Shown here one piece after another: positions 13,327 to 28,100 of a DNA stretch of 64,000 nt. The stretch covers positions 14,012,001 through 14,076,000 of the forward strand of contig NW_024704751.1 of NCBI RefSeq assembly GCF_018977255.1, read 5' to 3'. The position numbers and the translations under genes were made by a program. Source of the stretch: Callorhinchus milii. Lineage: Eukaryota. The notes under the pieces were generated by a model that made no database searches, was not told the DNA's origin, and was given only the letters and a program-made list of their open reading frames with translations. Each line of letters begins with the position of its first letter. Position 1 is the stretch's first letter.

Positions 13327-16300
13327 TATGAAAGGGAGAAGGAGTCAAATTTGGGCAAGCAAGTGAAATTCCACATGAGCGAGGTCCCGCGTTTAGGAAG
13401 TGAGAATAGGAAACACGTGCATTGCAACGAGGAAGCCGAGAGAGGCTCAAGGGTTGACTCATTGGCTGCTGTGTTGAAATAGTCTGAACGAGACAGATAG
13501 AATGCTGGGCTTTGTTGCCTAATCAGTTGAATTTATGTCCACAGAAGCATAGGATTCTGGTAATGACACATGTGGAGTACTGGATACTGTTTTAGTCCCA
13601 TTTCTACAAATAAGAAATGTGTATAATAATTTACACTACAATAAAATAACCTAGTAATAATTTGGTCACTTAATCCACGACTGTCTGTGGCGCACTGTTG
13701 TGCAATTGGTTGCCACATTTCGCCCATAAAGTCAATTCACTTGTGACCCAGAAAAAAAAATCTGACACACCAAGTACTGGAGGATGTGAAGAGCAAATTT
13801 GAAGCTCACAGGAAATATTTATTTACACAAAGGAGAATTAATGACTGGAAGGGGGTTACCATCAGTCAGGTCGCTGGACACATTCAAGAAACAAAAAACA
13901 AATTACATTTACACAGCGCCTTTCACATCAGGAGGACGTTCCGAGGCGCTGGACAGTCAGGGAACCACATCCAAGCTGGTGGAAAGAAAGGAGGGGTAGG
14001 AAGGTGACCAAAGGTGTGAGCGAAGAGGAGGGTCTTGCGACAGGCCTTGAAGGAGGTAAGGGAGGGGGTGAGGAGGAGGGACTGTGGGATGGAGGATAAG
14101 GGTCTTCTTTATCCCATCCTCACTCGTGATGAACTTGTGAGAAGAGGAGTTAGTGTGGAGTCAATAGTTGTCTCTTCTTTTATCCAACAACTTGAGAGCC
14201 AACCTTCACCACCTCTTTGTTTTCAGAGCTGGAAATTCCCTGGTTGTGGGGGGCGGGCAGGTGGTGAGGGTGAGGTAAGGTTGAATGACGCAATGCAATC
14301 AGGCAACACTATGAATGTCAAATTTTTCATGGTCGATTCGAGTTATTGCACAATACGTCAGTTCAATCCCATTGATAGACATTTTCCTCCGCGTTATTGC
14401 GTTGCAATGGGAAAGGTGCATCGATGTTGATCATTTGTTCTGCTCTGGATTGGAAGAATGATGAAGGAGACTCGATAATAATCCTTGCATTATTAATGCA
14501 CTCCTTGCATTATTCATACTTATTAATTCTTATCCTCCATCCCACAGTCCCTCCGCCTCACCACCTCCTTTGCCTAATACACTGCTGTGCACAATTGGCT
14601 GCCACGTTTCGTCCACAAAACATAAGGTCAATTCACAGTACAGTATATTCTGTGTGGCGCTTTTGAGACGTCGCGAAGACGTGATAAGGCGCGATATGAA
14701 ATGTGAGGGTTGTTATCCCAGCTTCTGTACGACGCGCTTCGAGAGGGCTCGGCGAATATCGAGGGCTCAATCGTTCCTTACTCTCTTAAAAGTGTTTCCA
14801 ACTTTCTCCGCTTACAACTGAAACAAACAGCTTCACACTTTTCTCTCTACTCATGTTATTTCATGAAAAATGTGACAGTAGCAGTAACAAGTAACACGTT
14901 TAAGACTCTCTTCTGAACAAGGGGACTGGAAATGAGGTGGTGGCACTGCTTACAACTGAAGCAAATGCTCTTACATATTTCTCTGTGCTTGTGTTATTTT
15001 TAGGAAATGTGGCAGAATTGTACTTGTTCAATTTAAAGGGTTTCAACAGAGAAGTGTGATGTGTCCTTCAATTCTAAAGCGCTCATTCCCAGTAAACGTG
15101 GTTAGGAAAAAAAGCGGATTGCGCACGCACACACAGGACAAGGGGCATCTCGGAAAAAATCCATAAGAGCTTTTAAAATGGAATTATAATAAATAATAAT
15201 AATAATAATAATCCTTGCATTTGATATACTGCCTTTTCACACCTTCTCAAAGCCACTTCGAAGAATATACTCTAAAGTGAATGGACTTGTTTTTGTGGTG
15301 GGGCGAAAAGTAAGTCGGTGACAAATATGGGCACGACCACGTTCTATTTTGAAGTAGAAATCGGAAGCTGATGAAACAGCTGAAGCTGAACCATGATCCA
15401 GTTACTTTGACCACAAGCTGCGTTTACAGAGCCCCAGTGTAACATTTCAAAGTGCTTTCTCACCCAGCAGGAAGGAAAGGGGGTGTGGGGCGGGGGGGGG
15501 AGCGGGGGTTGTAATGTTATTGAAAGTAGTCAAAAAGATAAGGCTTTGAGGCCGGCTTTGAAAGTGGACAAGGAGGGAGCTCGAGAATGGCGTTCCAGAG
15601 AGGTGCGGGTGGTGGAGGGAGAAGTGGGGCCGCACTATTTGTAAACTAGTTACCAACTCCTAAGCAACTGTTGGATGTTCCTCATACAGACTTCGGCAAT
15701 GACTGAGCAGCTCAGTTTAAAACCACATCCGGTCAATCAGCCAGCCAGCCAGTATCGAACCAGTTATGTATAATATAAAATTTCTACACCTAGGGTCTTG
15801 CAGACAAGTTCCGAATCGAATTATAAAAACATTTTCCAAATCATCCATATGTATAAACGGTTGTTATTAACTCACAGAGGTCAGTAATAAGATTATTTAA
15901 ATTTACCCAGAGTCGGAGAGTACAGGGAGGGTGGTGAAAGAAAGCAGAGTGTGTTATTGGGAGCAAAGTACATTAAAGCCGACACTAACTTAATATCATC
16001 CTTTCTCATTTACGTTTCCCAAACTTTTTATCTGCTCTCAGGGTACTCCAGGCTGTTGTTGAGCTCCACGGAGTTCTGGACGAGCAGATTATTGCCGAAC
16101 GCTGCCAGAGGGAGAAAGCACAAGTCAACAAACAAAGCAATGGGCAAGTGGGGTTGTCAGAATCTGATTGAGAAGCTAATTATTCATTAGTTTTCATTGC
16201 ATTTCTCTGCATGTTGATGGCTGGCCACAGGTTACATGTTGCACTTGTATGAGGCATAGCGTTCATTTTCCTCGCTAAAGTCTTAAAGGATACTTGGGAG

Positions 16301-16837
16301 TCTTATCTTAGTCTTATGCCCCCACACACCTGTGCCTAAACTTCCCGAGCACCAGGTGTGGGAGAACACGATTCAACAAGAGTTTGAAAGCCGAACTTCC
16401 ATCAACGGGAATCGATCTTTCAACAAATGTCTCAGCCTGAGGGTACGCACAGCCTTTGTCTGATCCACTTGCCCCACCCCTTACCCCCAAATCTCCCTGG
16501 ATCATGTCCTAAACTGCCTGACCCCTGCCCCATTGATGGAGATAAGCAGGTTTTGAAGTACAAAACGTAATATTATATTAAATGAGCAGAATTGGTGAAG
16601 GAGGTCACTGTCAACAAAGGGAGATCGGAAGGGCAGATACAGGAAAGCTCCCAACTTCCTATCGGTTAGAAATTAAGCCCATTCAAATGGACTACATAGT
16701 CTTTAATTATTGGTGGTGTACATGTGGTTCTTTCAAAATATCAGATGCAGTCTCTCCTCGTTCAATCCCACAAAATAGCAAGTGCTGAGAATCAATATGT
16801 ACTTTTTCAGAGGAAGAAGAAGCCAGGAACGGCGGCA

Positions 16838-18365
16838 GACAACAACAGCAAAATTACATTTATAGAGTGCCTCTCACGTCAAGAGGACGTCCCAAGGTGT
16901 TGGACAGTCAAGGGTCGGGACCCGAACACGAGGGAACGGTGGGGTAGGGGTGAGGGAAAGCAGAGAGGTGGGAGGACAACTGAAGGCACGATCGAAGAGG
17001 AGGGTCTTGAGACCGACCTTGAAGGAGGCAAGTGAGACGAAGGGACTGTGGGATGGAGTTCCAGAGTGTGGGGGCAGAGAGGCTGAAATCCCGGCCGCCA
17101 ATGGTAAGGTGGGTCGGGCAGGAGACATGAAGCAGGCCGAAGCCCGCTGAACGGAAGTGGTGGTAGGCAGTGCTGGTCATGGCGCGTATGTGGGGGAGAA
17201 AGGATAGTTCAGGGTCAAACAAGTTTCTGACTGGCTTAGTGAAGTTGAGTGATGCTGCCAGGGCCCGAGGTGCGGAGGCGCTGGCGCGAGTCAATCAGGA
17301 AGGCCTCAGTCTTGCTGACGTTCAGTTAGAGAAAGTTGTCCCTCGTCCGGGACTTGATGTTGGACAGGCAGTCGGTCAGGACGCCAGTAATCCTGGAGTT
17401 GAAGGTGAAGGCAGAGAGAAAGAGAAATTTACCCCACGACTGCGGATGTCACCAAGGGGGAGCATGTAATAGTAATAATAATCCTTGCATTTGATATAGC
17501 GCTTTTCAAGTCTTCTCGATGTCTCAAAGGGCTTCACAGAATAGACTGTAAAGTGAATTGACCGTATATTTGTGGGCGAAACACGGCAGCCAATTATAGA
17601 GGGTGAAGAGGAGGGGACCGAGGACAGAGCCAGGAGAGGGGTGGGGATGGGGTCCAGGGAGCAGGTGGTGAGCTTCATGGAGGAGATATGGTGGTGATGA
17701 CAGAGAAGGGGGTGATGGGTTCAAAAGTGTGGAAGGAAGGGATGGGTAGTGTTCGGAGTGTAGGTGGGGGGTAGGGAGGGGGTGGAAGTTGGAAGGGCAG
17801 TGACAGCTGAGAATAATTCTCTCGATTTTGGACTCGAGGAAATCCAGCCTTTCCTCGCAGTGGGAGTCGGAGGAAAGAATATGCGAGGCGTGGCGAGGAG
17901 AGCGAAGGAGCCGGTTGGTAGTGGAGAACAGGAGCCTGGGATTGCCCTTCGCCTCCAGGATTAACCTCGAGTAGAAGGATGATTTGGCCAAGGCGAGAGC
18001 GGAGCGGTAGGTCTTGATGAGGTCCAGCCAGATGTGCTGGTGGAACGTTAGGCCGGATTTGAGCCAAGTGCATTGAGGGGCCCGCACCTGACCCTTGAGC
18101 GAGCGGAGATGGCTGGTGAACCAAGATGAGGATCGGGAATAGGAGGCAGTTCGAGAGGTAAGGGGTGGGGGGGTACTGTGGATGAGAGTAAACGCAGAAG
18201 ATGGGTTGGTGCAGGAGGTGGGCCAGAGGAGTTCAGAGAACTCCAGAGCAGCGGAGAGGGATTGCGGGGAGATCTTCTTCCACGGGCAGTAGAAGATGGT
18301 GGTAGGTTTGGAGGCAGTGGGGAGAAGGATGTAGGGGTTGAGGAAGATTAAATGGTGGTCAGACA
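16838..18365 (-). mobile_element. Internally deleted L2 LINE interrupted by a SINE at about 17466-17596
   Basis: Reverse-strand L2 ORF2 pieces ([41 protein letters not shown]) and the same 3' tail as the 7535 copy. Confidence 0.88.
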
Positions 18366-19165
18366 GAGAGCAAACGCAGTTTAAAACAGAGAAACAGGAG
18401 CTGTGAGATTAAGCAGAAGTGGTGTGGTTGACCTGAACATCCTAGAGATCTAAAAACAAGAGAGTGGTGGACAGAGCGATAAAACTATAAACACAGTGAT
18501 CCCGGGTACAGTTAAGAAGGAACAAAGTATTAGAATGGTTAGCCAACGACTAACCTTCAAGACGATAGAGGCGACTTTAAATTGCGTCTACATACAAATC
18601 ACCTCGAACGGGCATAACAATGTAAATTGCAGTGACTGGGTATTTTGTGGGCGAATATTGCATGCGTACAACACACACAGAATCTGAATCCACTCACACA
18701 GCCTGCAACGATAAAAGTACTCACAACTAAACTCTCCAATATTTCCAAACACTATTTTAATGATCACTTCTGATGACCAAAGATAGACAAATTGTTCATC
18801 ACAATACAAAAAGGGTACAAAATGTGAAATTACAGGGCTTAAAAATTAAAGGTTTTCAAAAGATACAAGGTCGTACTCAACCTCTTATACTGTACATTTA
18901 CATCATATTGTCTCAGAATTGATAAGCAGTAAAGCCCTGCTGTGGGTGTATGTGTGTTTGTGTTTCCTTCGGGATAAAATTAAAAATAGCAACAGCAAGA
19001 ACATGTACGAGTCAGTAGAATGGTCAGGAAAATAAACATTTCTGCCACCATATTGCAAACACTAGCCTAAGTGAAGAATTCTTTCCTGGGATAAAGACTG
19101 CTTTGAAGTTCTTTTGTGTTTATCATTTTACCATCGTGTGTAAGATTCTCTCCAGATTTCCCCTT

Positions 19166-22100
19166 CTATCGCTGCTCCATTTTCACTTTGGGAGGTTTCA
19201 GAAAACTTCTCTGTTTTTTCTCTTTTTTGCCCTTTTTGTTAGCCTGGAAGTTTCTCCAGCTGTCGACCCGCCCGTCTCTGCTCTCCTGCGGTAGGTAGCG
19301 AAAGGCACAGGGTTAATCAGTCTGCGATCGGTAACTTTTCAAAAAAATGTGTAATTAAATCAACATCTCTGGGTTTCCTGTTATTCCTCCAGGACATGAG
19401 CCTCGAGTTTGTGGACTGGCCACGATGTTGGAAAGTGGTGGGATAGACTTGAAGACTCCACACCAGTCTCCACCCATTCCTTACTCCCTCCCACACCCTT
19501 CTATTCCCATCTCCCTCAAGTGAAAGTCTAGCTTCCGCTTGAATGCATGACAAACAAGAGTAGGAATTTCTCTCTCCCCTCTCCCCCCACCCCCCACCCC
19601 CACACAAACTCTGTAAAAGTATTTAAAAACGACTTCTACAAACCTCAAAATTTTTCTGCCACTCTTTATCCCGTTTGGCTTTTTCTTCTGCTTCGATCTC
19701 CTCTTCTCTTTGTCGTTTCCTACAGTCAAGGTGTAAAATATAAACAAATAAGATTTCTTTTTCTCCGCTTGGTTAACGTTCAGGTTAATATTGGGACACC
19801 CAGATTTGCCTTCATCGCAGCTTTGGGGGCACAAAGTTTGAACAACAACAATAATAATAATTAATCCTTGCATTTGACATAACGCCTTACCACGTCTTTG
19901 AGATGTCTCAAAGGGTATCATAGAATACATTGTAAAGTGGATTGCCTGTGTATTTTGTGGGCAAAACGCGGCAGCCAGCAGTGTCCCAGAAACAGTCGTG
20001 GATTGAGTGCCCAAATTTAGCATCAATAAAAATGTCTGACCTCTCGTGCATCTCTCTGGCTTCCCGCTCCTTCCTCTTGATTTCCAGCTCTGCAAACAGC
20101 TTCATTGTTTGTTTGTGTACAGATTGTTTGAACTGAAAGATTGAAGTGATCATTAGATCTTATCATCGATTGAACTGCAAAACACAGAGCTGAGCTGGCA
20201 TGCAACTCATTGTGCATTAAAGCAAAGCAAAACCTGTTTTTGTTGTTCAGTCTGCCTAAAGCAAGACAATTCATGGGATTCATGAAACCCTCCCCAAATA
20301 TTCGTCCAAAGTGCTGCACAACGTTCTGATTGCAATCCGTAGAGATCAACCACCACCATTACAAAAAACTTGCATTTATATAGCGCTTCTGACGCAGGGT
20401 AATGTCCCAAAACCATAGGCCTGGCTTTACAAAGATTATCTCTGGGCTGGTTGAGCCCCAGGGCGTGCTCTCCCACACCCACACCCTCAACCCCCCACCT
20501 CAACTCTCTCTCTTCTGAGCGACACGATTCGAGTGGACTCCTAAACGTTTTATGTACATGAACAGATCTCGCTCCTAAAAAAAAATTTTCCAAGCTCATA
20601 TCTCTGCCTCTCCCATTCTTGTCTCTTCTCTACTCAACACCCGCCCTCCTTATCTGCCAGCAAACTGGCACAAACTAAAAACAATTCAAACTTTCAGTAG
20701 TAAGGGGGGGAAAAAAAACACCCATTTCCCTTTCCAGTCTCTGAACTTCCCAATAAGAAAGTTGAGCAAAGGCAAACTAGATTTTAAGAAAATGAAAAGT
20801 GTTACAGGGGTTTGCCATACTACTTTCTCCCCCCTCTCACCCCCCGCCCCCCACCCTCCCAACCTCAAATGCGTTGGAATCTAGACTGAGAACGAAGGAT
20901 TCAGCATATGATTGTCTGAAAGCACACTATACAACAGCCTCAATGCACTTTCCAGTGGTTGAACCTTGGGACGTCCTCCTGACCTGAAAGGTGCTATACA
21001 AATCTAATCGTGTTGTTGTTGAACCACCTACGGCAAAATAAACTTTTCTTAGAAAAAACATACAGTTGCAAGTTCAGAAGATTACTGCACACAGTGAAAG
21101 GGGGCGAATTACCACCCTGGCAGTCACTTGACATGTCATGTCCTAAACTATACCCCGTATACTGAGATACTATTTTCTAGCAGAAATCTAATTTGTTAAT
21201 TTTCTTGAAAATAGACGACAAGAAGAGTGTGAGCATTACTGAATTGGCAGAACAAAACAATAACAAAATTGTATTTATACAGCATCCTTCTGATGTGAAA
21301 GGCGCTAACTATATCAATGTAATTCTTTTGTTGTTTTTGCCAAGTATAGACACACTCGGCAGTTTCCCTAATTTTATTATGACACGACAAAAAGCATCTT
21401 ATCCTCCTTCAAATGCAAAGACTACATAAACACCGGCATGGACCAGTTTAATAATACAACAATAATCCTTGCATTTGATACAGCGCCTTATCACGTCTTC
21501 GAGACATCTCAAAATGCTTCACAGAGTATACTGTAAAGAGAATGGACTGTATATTTTGTGGGAGAAACGAGGCAGATAATTGTGCACAGCAGCTTCCCAC
21601 GAACAGTGGTGGATTGACTGACTACTTTTTTTATATAAAAGGGATTATTACTCCCAGAAAAGCGATCTGCCAATCAACTAACAACTGAGTTTCTACTTAC
21701 TGCTAGGTAAAGAGGCATCTGGAGTAAGGAAATTTGCCCAACATTTCGCCCTGCCCGGGAATCGAACCCAGGTCCTATCGTTTGCGAAGCGAGAGCACTG
21801 ACCACTAAACTACAAGGCAATAGGTGATGGCTTATTTCCATGCCCACGATTCCAAGTAATTCTGTGCAAAAAAGGTTCCTTTACCATAAACTTCTCCCTC
21901 TCTTACCACATCCTCATCGTCCTCCTCCACGAGTATTGGCTTGCCTTCCTTCTTTAGTAACTTCCTTTTTTCTTTCATCTTCAAAAAGGAATAAAAGAAG
22001 ATTTCAAAGGGTTGAACTCATTTATTCTGTTTTTTTATTTTAAAAAGAGGTAAATGCTGAAAGCAAGAAGAATTTAAACGATTACTCGGGGACATACTGC

Positions 22101-25100
22101 ATGAGATTAAACAGGACATTTGACTCAATATCTGATTAAGAAGTTCAGGAATCGGAAAAAAAATTTCACACTAGGGGATCCAAAGGCAAAAACTGAACAA
22201 ACGAATCGCAAACTTAGCTTTCCAGATCCATTTGTTTAATCCGAAATAATGTTTTTGGAATAAATAATTCTTTTTAAGAGATACGAACAAGATAAGAGTA
22301 TATTCGCACAATATAATAATAATCCTTGCATCTGATATGGCACCTTATCACGTCGTCACGACGTCTCAAAGTGCTTCTACTGCAGAAGAAGAAAGAACAA
22401 GTCGTTACAAATTGCCCAATCTTTAGCAACTGGGATCCTGATTAACTCACAGTGGTGGCCCATTAGAACGTGCTCGGTCGGAGCCCGTTAAAAAAAAAAC
22501 TTGTCTTAAGTGGACATGTTAAAAAATGGCCGCAAACAGGTTATACTGACATCACTTCTTGTGCATGGACGTTACGTGTGACTGTGCTTCTAGCAGACCA
22601 TCGCTTTTTCCAGCCTGTGATAACTGAGTCCAAGTGTATCGCATTATCTTCCAGCAATGTCATGACATCATGTGAAGTTATATATAACAAAAAAAATTCC
22701 ATGATCAACTTTTCTAAAATCATTCCATTCTCTAGCTCTTTCCACACATTTCTCAATGTTTTTAACTGTTCAGCTGCTTAATCCAGTTCCCCATTAGAAT
22801 GACTGTATTGATTCAGCCTCAAATCACTTCTTGTGGTGATGAACTCCACACCCCAACAACCTTCTGAGTGAAGAAATTCCATCTAACCTCTCCCCTGAGT
22901 CTTCTGCCCCAAATCTCATGACCGTGACCCGTTCATTCCGCCACTGAAGGAAATGGAATTTTCTTATTTAACCTGGTTACGTCCCCTTCCGGACCTTCAG
23001 CATCTCTGCCAGATTCTCACTGCAACTGGGGTCAGACATTTAAGTCACCAACAATATGTGGGCCAAGTTTCAGTTCCCATTTCGGTCATATTTGTGTCAC
23101 AGAGATTAAAATCAGGTTGCCACAGGAAGAAGTGAAACTCTTCCTCTTCCCCCTGGCTCGGTCCCGGGACCTGTTACTGTAAAGCGCTCTGAGACCCCGT
23201 CCAGCGTGGAGGGCGCTATAGAAATCCAAGTTGTTGTTGAACAAAGTTGCATGAGGAAGCAGGAAGTGTTTCCTTGACGGTTTAACACTAAATGCATCAT
23301 CCATGGAGGAGCAAAACTCTACTTCTGGGCAATGTTCAGGTCGGCTAAGTTCATCCAGGGTGCTGGGAGAGACGCTAATACAGGTCTCAGTGGCCTAGAT
23401 AATAAATAATAACAATGCATAGGCCTTTCACGCCTGCAGGAGGTCTCAAAGCGCTACACGAGATATACTGTAAAGCGGAGCGTCAGTACACTTTGTGGGC
23501 TAAAGTCAGACAAGGTTCCTACTGGACAGTGATTCCTGCTCGAAAGTGAACAAATGCATGTTTTTTTCGGTTAAGACAGTTGTCTGGCATATGCAGAAAC
23601 ACATCACCATGTTTATGCGGATCCAAACCAAACTGAGAGTTTCACGCATCCTACCTATACATGGAAATTCCAGAGATAGTTGGTGGAATGGAATGTGCAC
23701 TCTCTCCCTGGAGGGACACATCCTGCTTACCTAATTTAGGGAAGTATTAGCTGCAGGTTGACAAAAAAACAAGGCTGGGGAAACCAGCCCGTATGCTGGG
23801 GTACTGCTGGAGTGTAACCAGCTAAAACCACATAACTTGCCACGTGGTTTGGCTTGCAGGATTAATGGGGGCTGAGTGGGAAGAGTCCCAGCCACTGGTG
23901 ACTGGTCTGCCCTTCAAAGTCCTGCCGATGAGTCAGGCTGGTCTGTGCTGAAATCAGCAGTGCGCTGGAATAATGTGGACCCACTTAGCTCAGGAGCCAG
24001 ACCACAGAGACCGCCACAGAGCGCTCGACGATTCTGACACTCCATTGCCAAACATGTCACCTTGGAGCCAGTTCAGTGGAGCTTAAGCAGCAGCTGTACG
24101 AACGTGCGTTCACAAACTCGGAACTTATCAATTGGAGGCCAGGGTCGGGTTCAGTTCAGCTATTAGAGGTCTCACCTCGGAGGCAGGAGCTGTGGCTTAA
24201 AGAAAGAGAACGCAGAGCAAATCCTCTGGATTCTGAGAAGGCGTTGTTGAAACGCCGATTTTGTTTATTGTGCAGTGCAACAGAGTTACCTAGCGGCAAA
24301 GCACTGCACTGCAAGGACAGACGCTTTTGAAGGAGGTACCAAAGATTGCTTCTTGTCTCTGCTTGTTGATCTAGTACAAGGGTTTGGTCACGTAGCTCTG
24401 TTAATTGCACGTCTGTGCTTTGAAGTGTGCATTCAGCCACTCAGTGGCATTGTTGAAACCAGCTGAACAGAGTTGTCAAGCAAACAGAAACAATACAATT
24501 TACACGTGCGCGGCGCCACTCACGTCACGAGGATGTCTCGAAGCGCTTGACACTGCTGGATGGGCAACCGAGCTGGGGGCGGGTGACGAGGGGACTGGGG
24601 AGGGAGGGGGAAAGGATGCTTAAAAACAAGGTTGAAAAGGTACGCTTTGAGGCATGGCTTGAACGAGGTGGGGGGAGAGCAAGTGACTCAGGTAACGGCC
24701 CAGTAAGATGCATTTCAACACACCAACTCGGGAGGGAATTTTGCCACAGTGCCCTCCAATGGCAAGAATAAGTTACTGAGTCGAGCACACCAAATTCTCA
24801 AAAATATATCCTATAAAACCCCAATTTGTGTGCCAAATAATTTAAATGAGCAAGCAGGTACAATAATAATACAATAGCGCCGTTCACAGCGGGAGGGTGT
24901 CTCAAAGCACTTGGATACATTTAACTCCAACCGTCCATAAACAGTGATCTCAAAACACTCGCGATATTTTTGGCTTAATGATCGGGGCAGTGTCAAACCC
25001 AAAAGTGCTGACCGCAGCTATGTACAGACTGTAACTTGAGCTGGGTCAGCAAATCAGCGGGGAAATCCACACTGTAATCAAGTGTCCATTTTAAATCGGA

Positions 25101-28100
25101 CGTGCTCTTGAGCAGATGTCATCACTGATAAAAGTTACCAACCGAGTCTGGTGTTCAAGATTATGTCCTAAAAATCGTTTACTTTCTCGGCCACTTACAT
25201 TATGTTCTATGGTCTCCCTCGCCGCTTGGATCACATCGATAGCCCGCTTTTTCTGGTCTCCCTCCAGCAGCATTTTGTAGGCTTTGTCAACAGCTATTGC
25301 AGAAGCAAAAATAACCAGACGATTAATGTGCGTAGAAATGTCATATGCGACAATGAATAGAGCGAACGGTTACCAAAGAGGTTCAATTCTTCCTAGTCAA
25401 ATAATAATCCGTGCATTTGATATAGCGCCTTATCACGTCTTTGTGACGTCTCAAAGTGCTTCACAGAATATACCGTAAAGTGAATTGACTGTGTATTTTG
25501 TGGGCGAAACAAACCTTAGTTTAACGTCTCATCCGAAGGACGGCACCTTCGACAATGCAGCACCCCCCACCACCCACCAGCTTAGTGGGAGTGTCAGCTT
25601 AGGCTATGTGATTCCAAGTCATGCTGTGGAGTTTGAACCTACAACCTTCTGACTCAAGAGGCGAGAATGCTACCACTGAGCCAAGCTGACGAAACATAAA
25701 CCCTTTCTTTCCAGCCACACTTTTGGTTTCCCTCAGTCAGTTCTGTGAAACGCTTTTTGTTGGACTGTACAAGTATCATTTGTGGTGTTTTTCGATGAAA
25801 GGTTCATCTGGAAAGATTTGTAAATCGCTGTGTGTTCGTTGTTTTTTTCAAAAGAATTGTCACATAGAAATTGTAAAAAAGCTTACAAAACCCATCACAC
25901 ACTTACCTTCGAAAGCCTTCTGTGCTCTTTCAGGATCATCCTGATTCTTGTCTGGATGCACCAGGATGGACAGCTGAAAGTGTACAGAACACAATTGTGG
26001 CACTCGCACAATTCAACAAAGAAAGAACTTCAATAGAATTAAGTTCCAACAACATCAAGCCGAGCAGCAATTTTCATGTGAAGGTTTTCAAGTTAAGAGG
26101 ATATTTGGGGCATTATTTCCCCTCTCCCACCCCTCCTCCTCAAGAATAGAGCTTTTTCCTCTTCCAGGATAGATGCTCTCCATTTGATAACTCACACAAT
26201 GTTAGTAGTAATCCTTGCATTTGATATAACGCCTTAAAGCTTTCCTACTGCTTGTCCAGCTAGGACCACCCGACTGCTAGGACTTTGGCTTGCAGGGTTA
26301 ACAGGAGCTGAGTGGCATGATTCCTTGCCCTCAGTGACTGGTCTGCCCTTCCAAGTCCACCCGATGAGACAGGCTGGCTGTGCGGACCCTACTGCGGACG
26401 AGCCTGGCTCAGGAAACAGACTGCCAAGGCAGCCACGTAGGGTTGACTCGATTCCGACATTTCGTTGCCAAACATGTCAACTTGGGAGCCAGTTTAGTTA
26501 ACTTAAACTGAAATAAAGCTACAGAGATCTCAGGTGTGCTGTACCAAACTAAGACTGATGAACACCCCCTCATCCAGTACTATAAATGGAAATATGCAGT
26601 TAGTTCAGGAAACAAGTGTTCATATGCCCTTGGAGACTAAAAAGCTACTCCTTGATCTCAAAGTCAAAGCACCTGGGCAAGTACAGAAACAGTAATGATC
26701 ATGAAAATGTTAAGATGCAACTATAACATATTTAAGTGCATAATTACAATAGCTTCACATCATGCACAGAACAGCTAAAGCTTACAACCAAGCTTACACA
26801 AGTGCATTTTAATACTTACACAAGAGTAAAACAGCAAGTTTGCTTTTTTCCTTTTACTAAAAACATGAGCAATTCACTCTTGTATCACTATAAGCACAGA
26901 AAACATTGGAGGAAAAAGGCTTACAACTAAAAGCAACTTGTTTCCAGCCACCATCAGTAATGTCAATTCCTGTTAAATGAACAATCTGTTTTCATTCCTC
27001 CCCCACATTTCACTGACCAACAATTCAGTGAAAGATTGGTAACATTTGGTAATAATTTTCTGTTGGGACGTTTCATTGTAATTTAAGATTTTTTTTCTCC
27101 TCCCATCTCACCGCCCCCACACCCAGTTTCATGCAATTAATTAGCTGCAACCACATGGTAGACCGAGGAGATAGCAAACATTGGTGATGCTCTACACAGA
27201 AGGCAATTGACCATGTGGAAGTTGAGAAACTGAACGTGGCAATTTATACCATCTGAAACGAAGGAGTCGTTTCAGCATTTAAAAAAAAATAAAATTCAGT
27301 TAACATGGATGAATATAATGAGTGTAGACTGAAAATGGTTTGGATTTTTTTTCCAATTTCTATTTATTTACAGCAGAAAATTTTCACTTAAGTGGAGTCG
27401 ACTGTACCTAAGATTTTCTGCTACCTTAGCCTGTAGCATGTCAAACAGAGATGTTTCTACCTGTCTGAACCTCTTTTTCAGTTCTTCATCTGTTGCTTCA
27501 GGATCAATCTGTAATACCTGTGCAATAAATAAAAACCCACGTCAACTCTTACAATGCGTCAAGAAGACAGTGTTGTTAGGAAATGACCACATCTTTTAAA
27601 AGACGACTTCCAATTGACGGGAATAGTGGCGCTTTCTCATCCATTATTCTCTGCATAGAAATTACCTCATGTGCCTCTATGGTGGGAGTTTTGAAATAAG
27701 CAATCCCTCGCCCCACCCCCACAGGTCTCCCTCCTGGATCCCATTTCATTCTAAGAAAGCACATCTAGTGTGGATTCATTCCAATAACTTTGGAAATAGA
27801 ATATGCCTGCTAACCAGAACTAAGACTGGAAGAGATCCTGGTTTATATAAGCCGTTATCTTCTGTAGTGTATTAATAATAAACCTTGCATTTGATATAGC
27901 GCTTTTCACGTCTTTTAGACGTCTCAAAGCGCTTCACAGAATATACTGTAAAGTGAATTGACTGTATATTTGTGGGCGAAAGGCAGCAGCCAAATGCGCA
28001 CGGCAGCGTCCCACAAACAGTCGTGGATTGAGTGACCAAATTGTTATTGCTTTTTTTTCTTGAGGGATTATCATCAGGTGTGTAGAGTAAGGAAACGTGC

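Noticed and set aside
14810-15017. Diverged direct repeat of about 70 bp (also a 30-bp pair at about 1093-1170)
   Set aside because: Ordinary local duplications with no functional signature.
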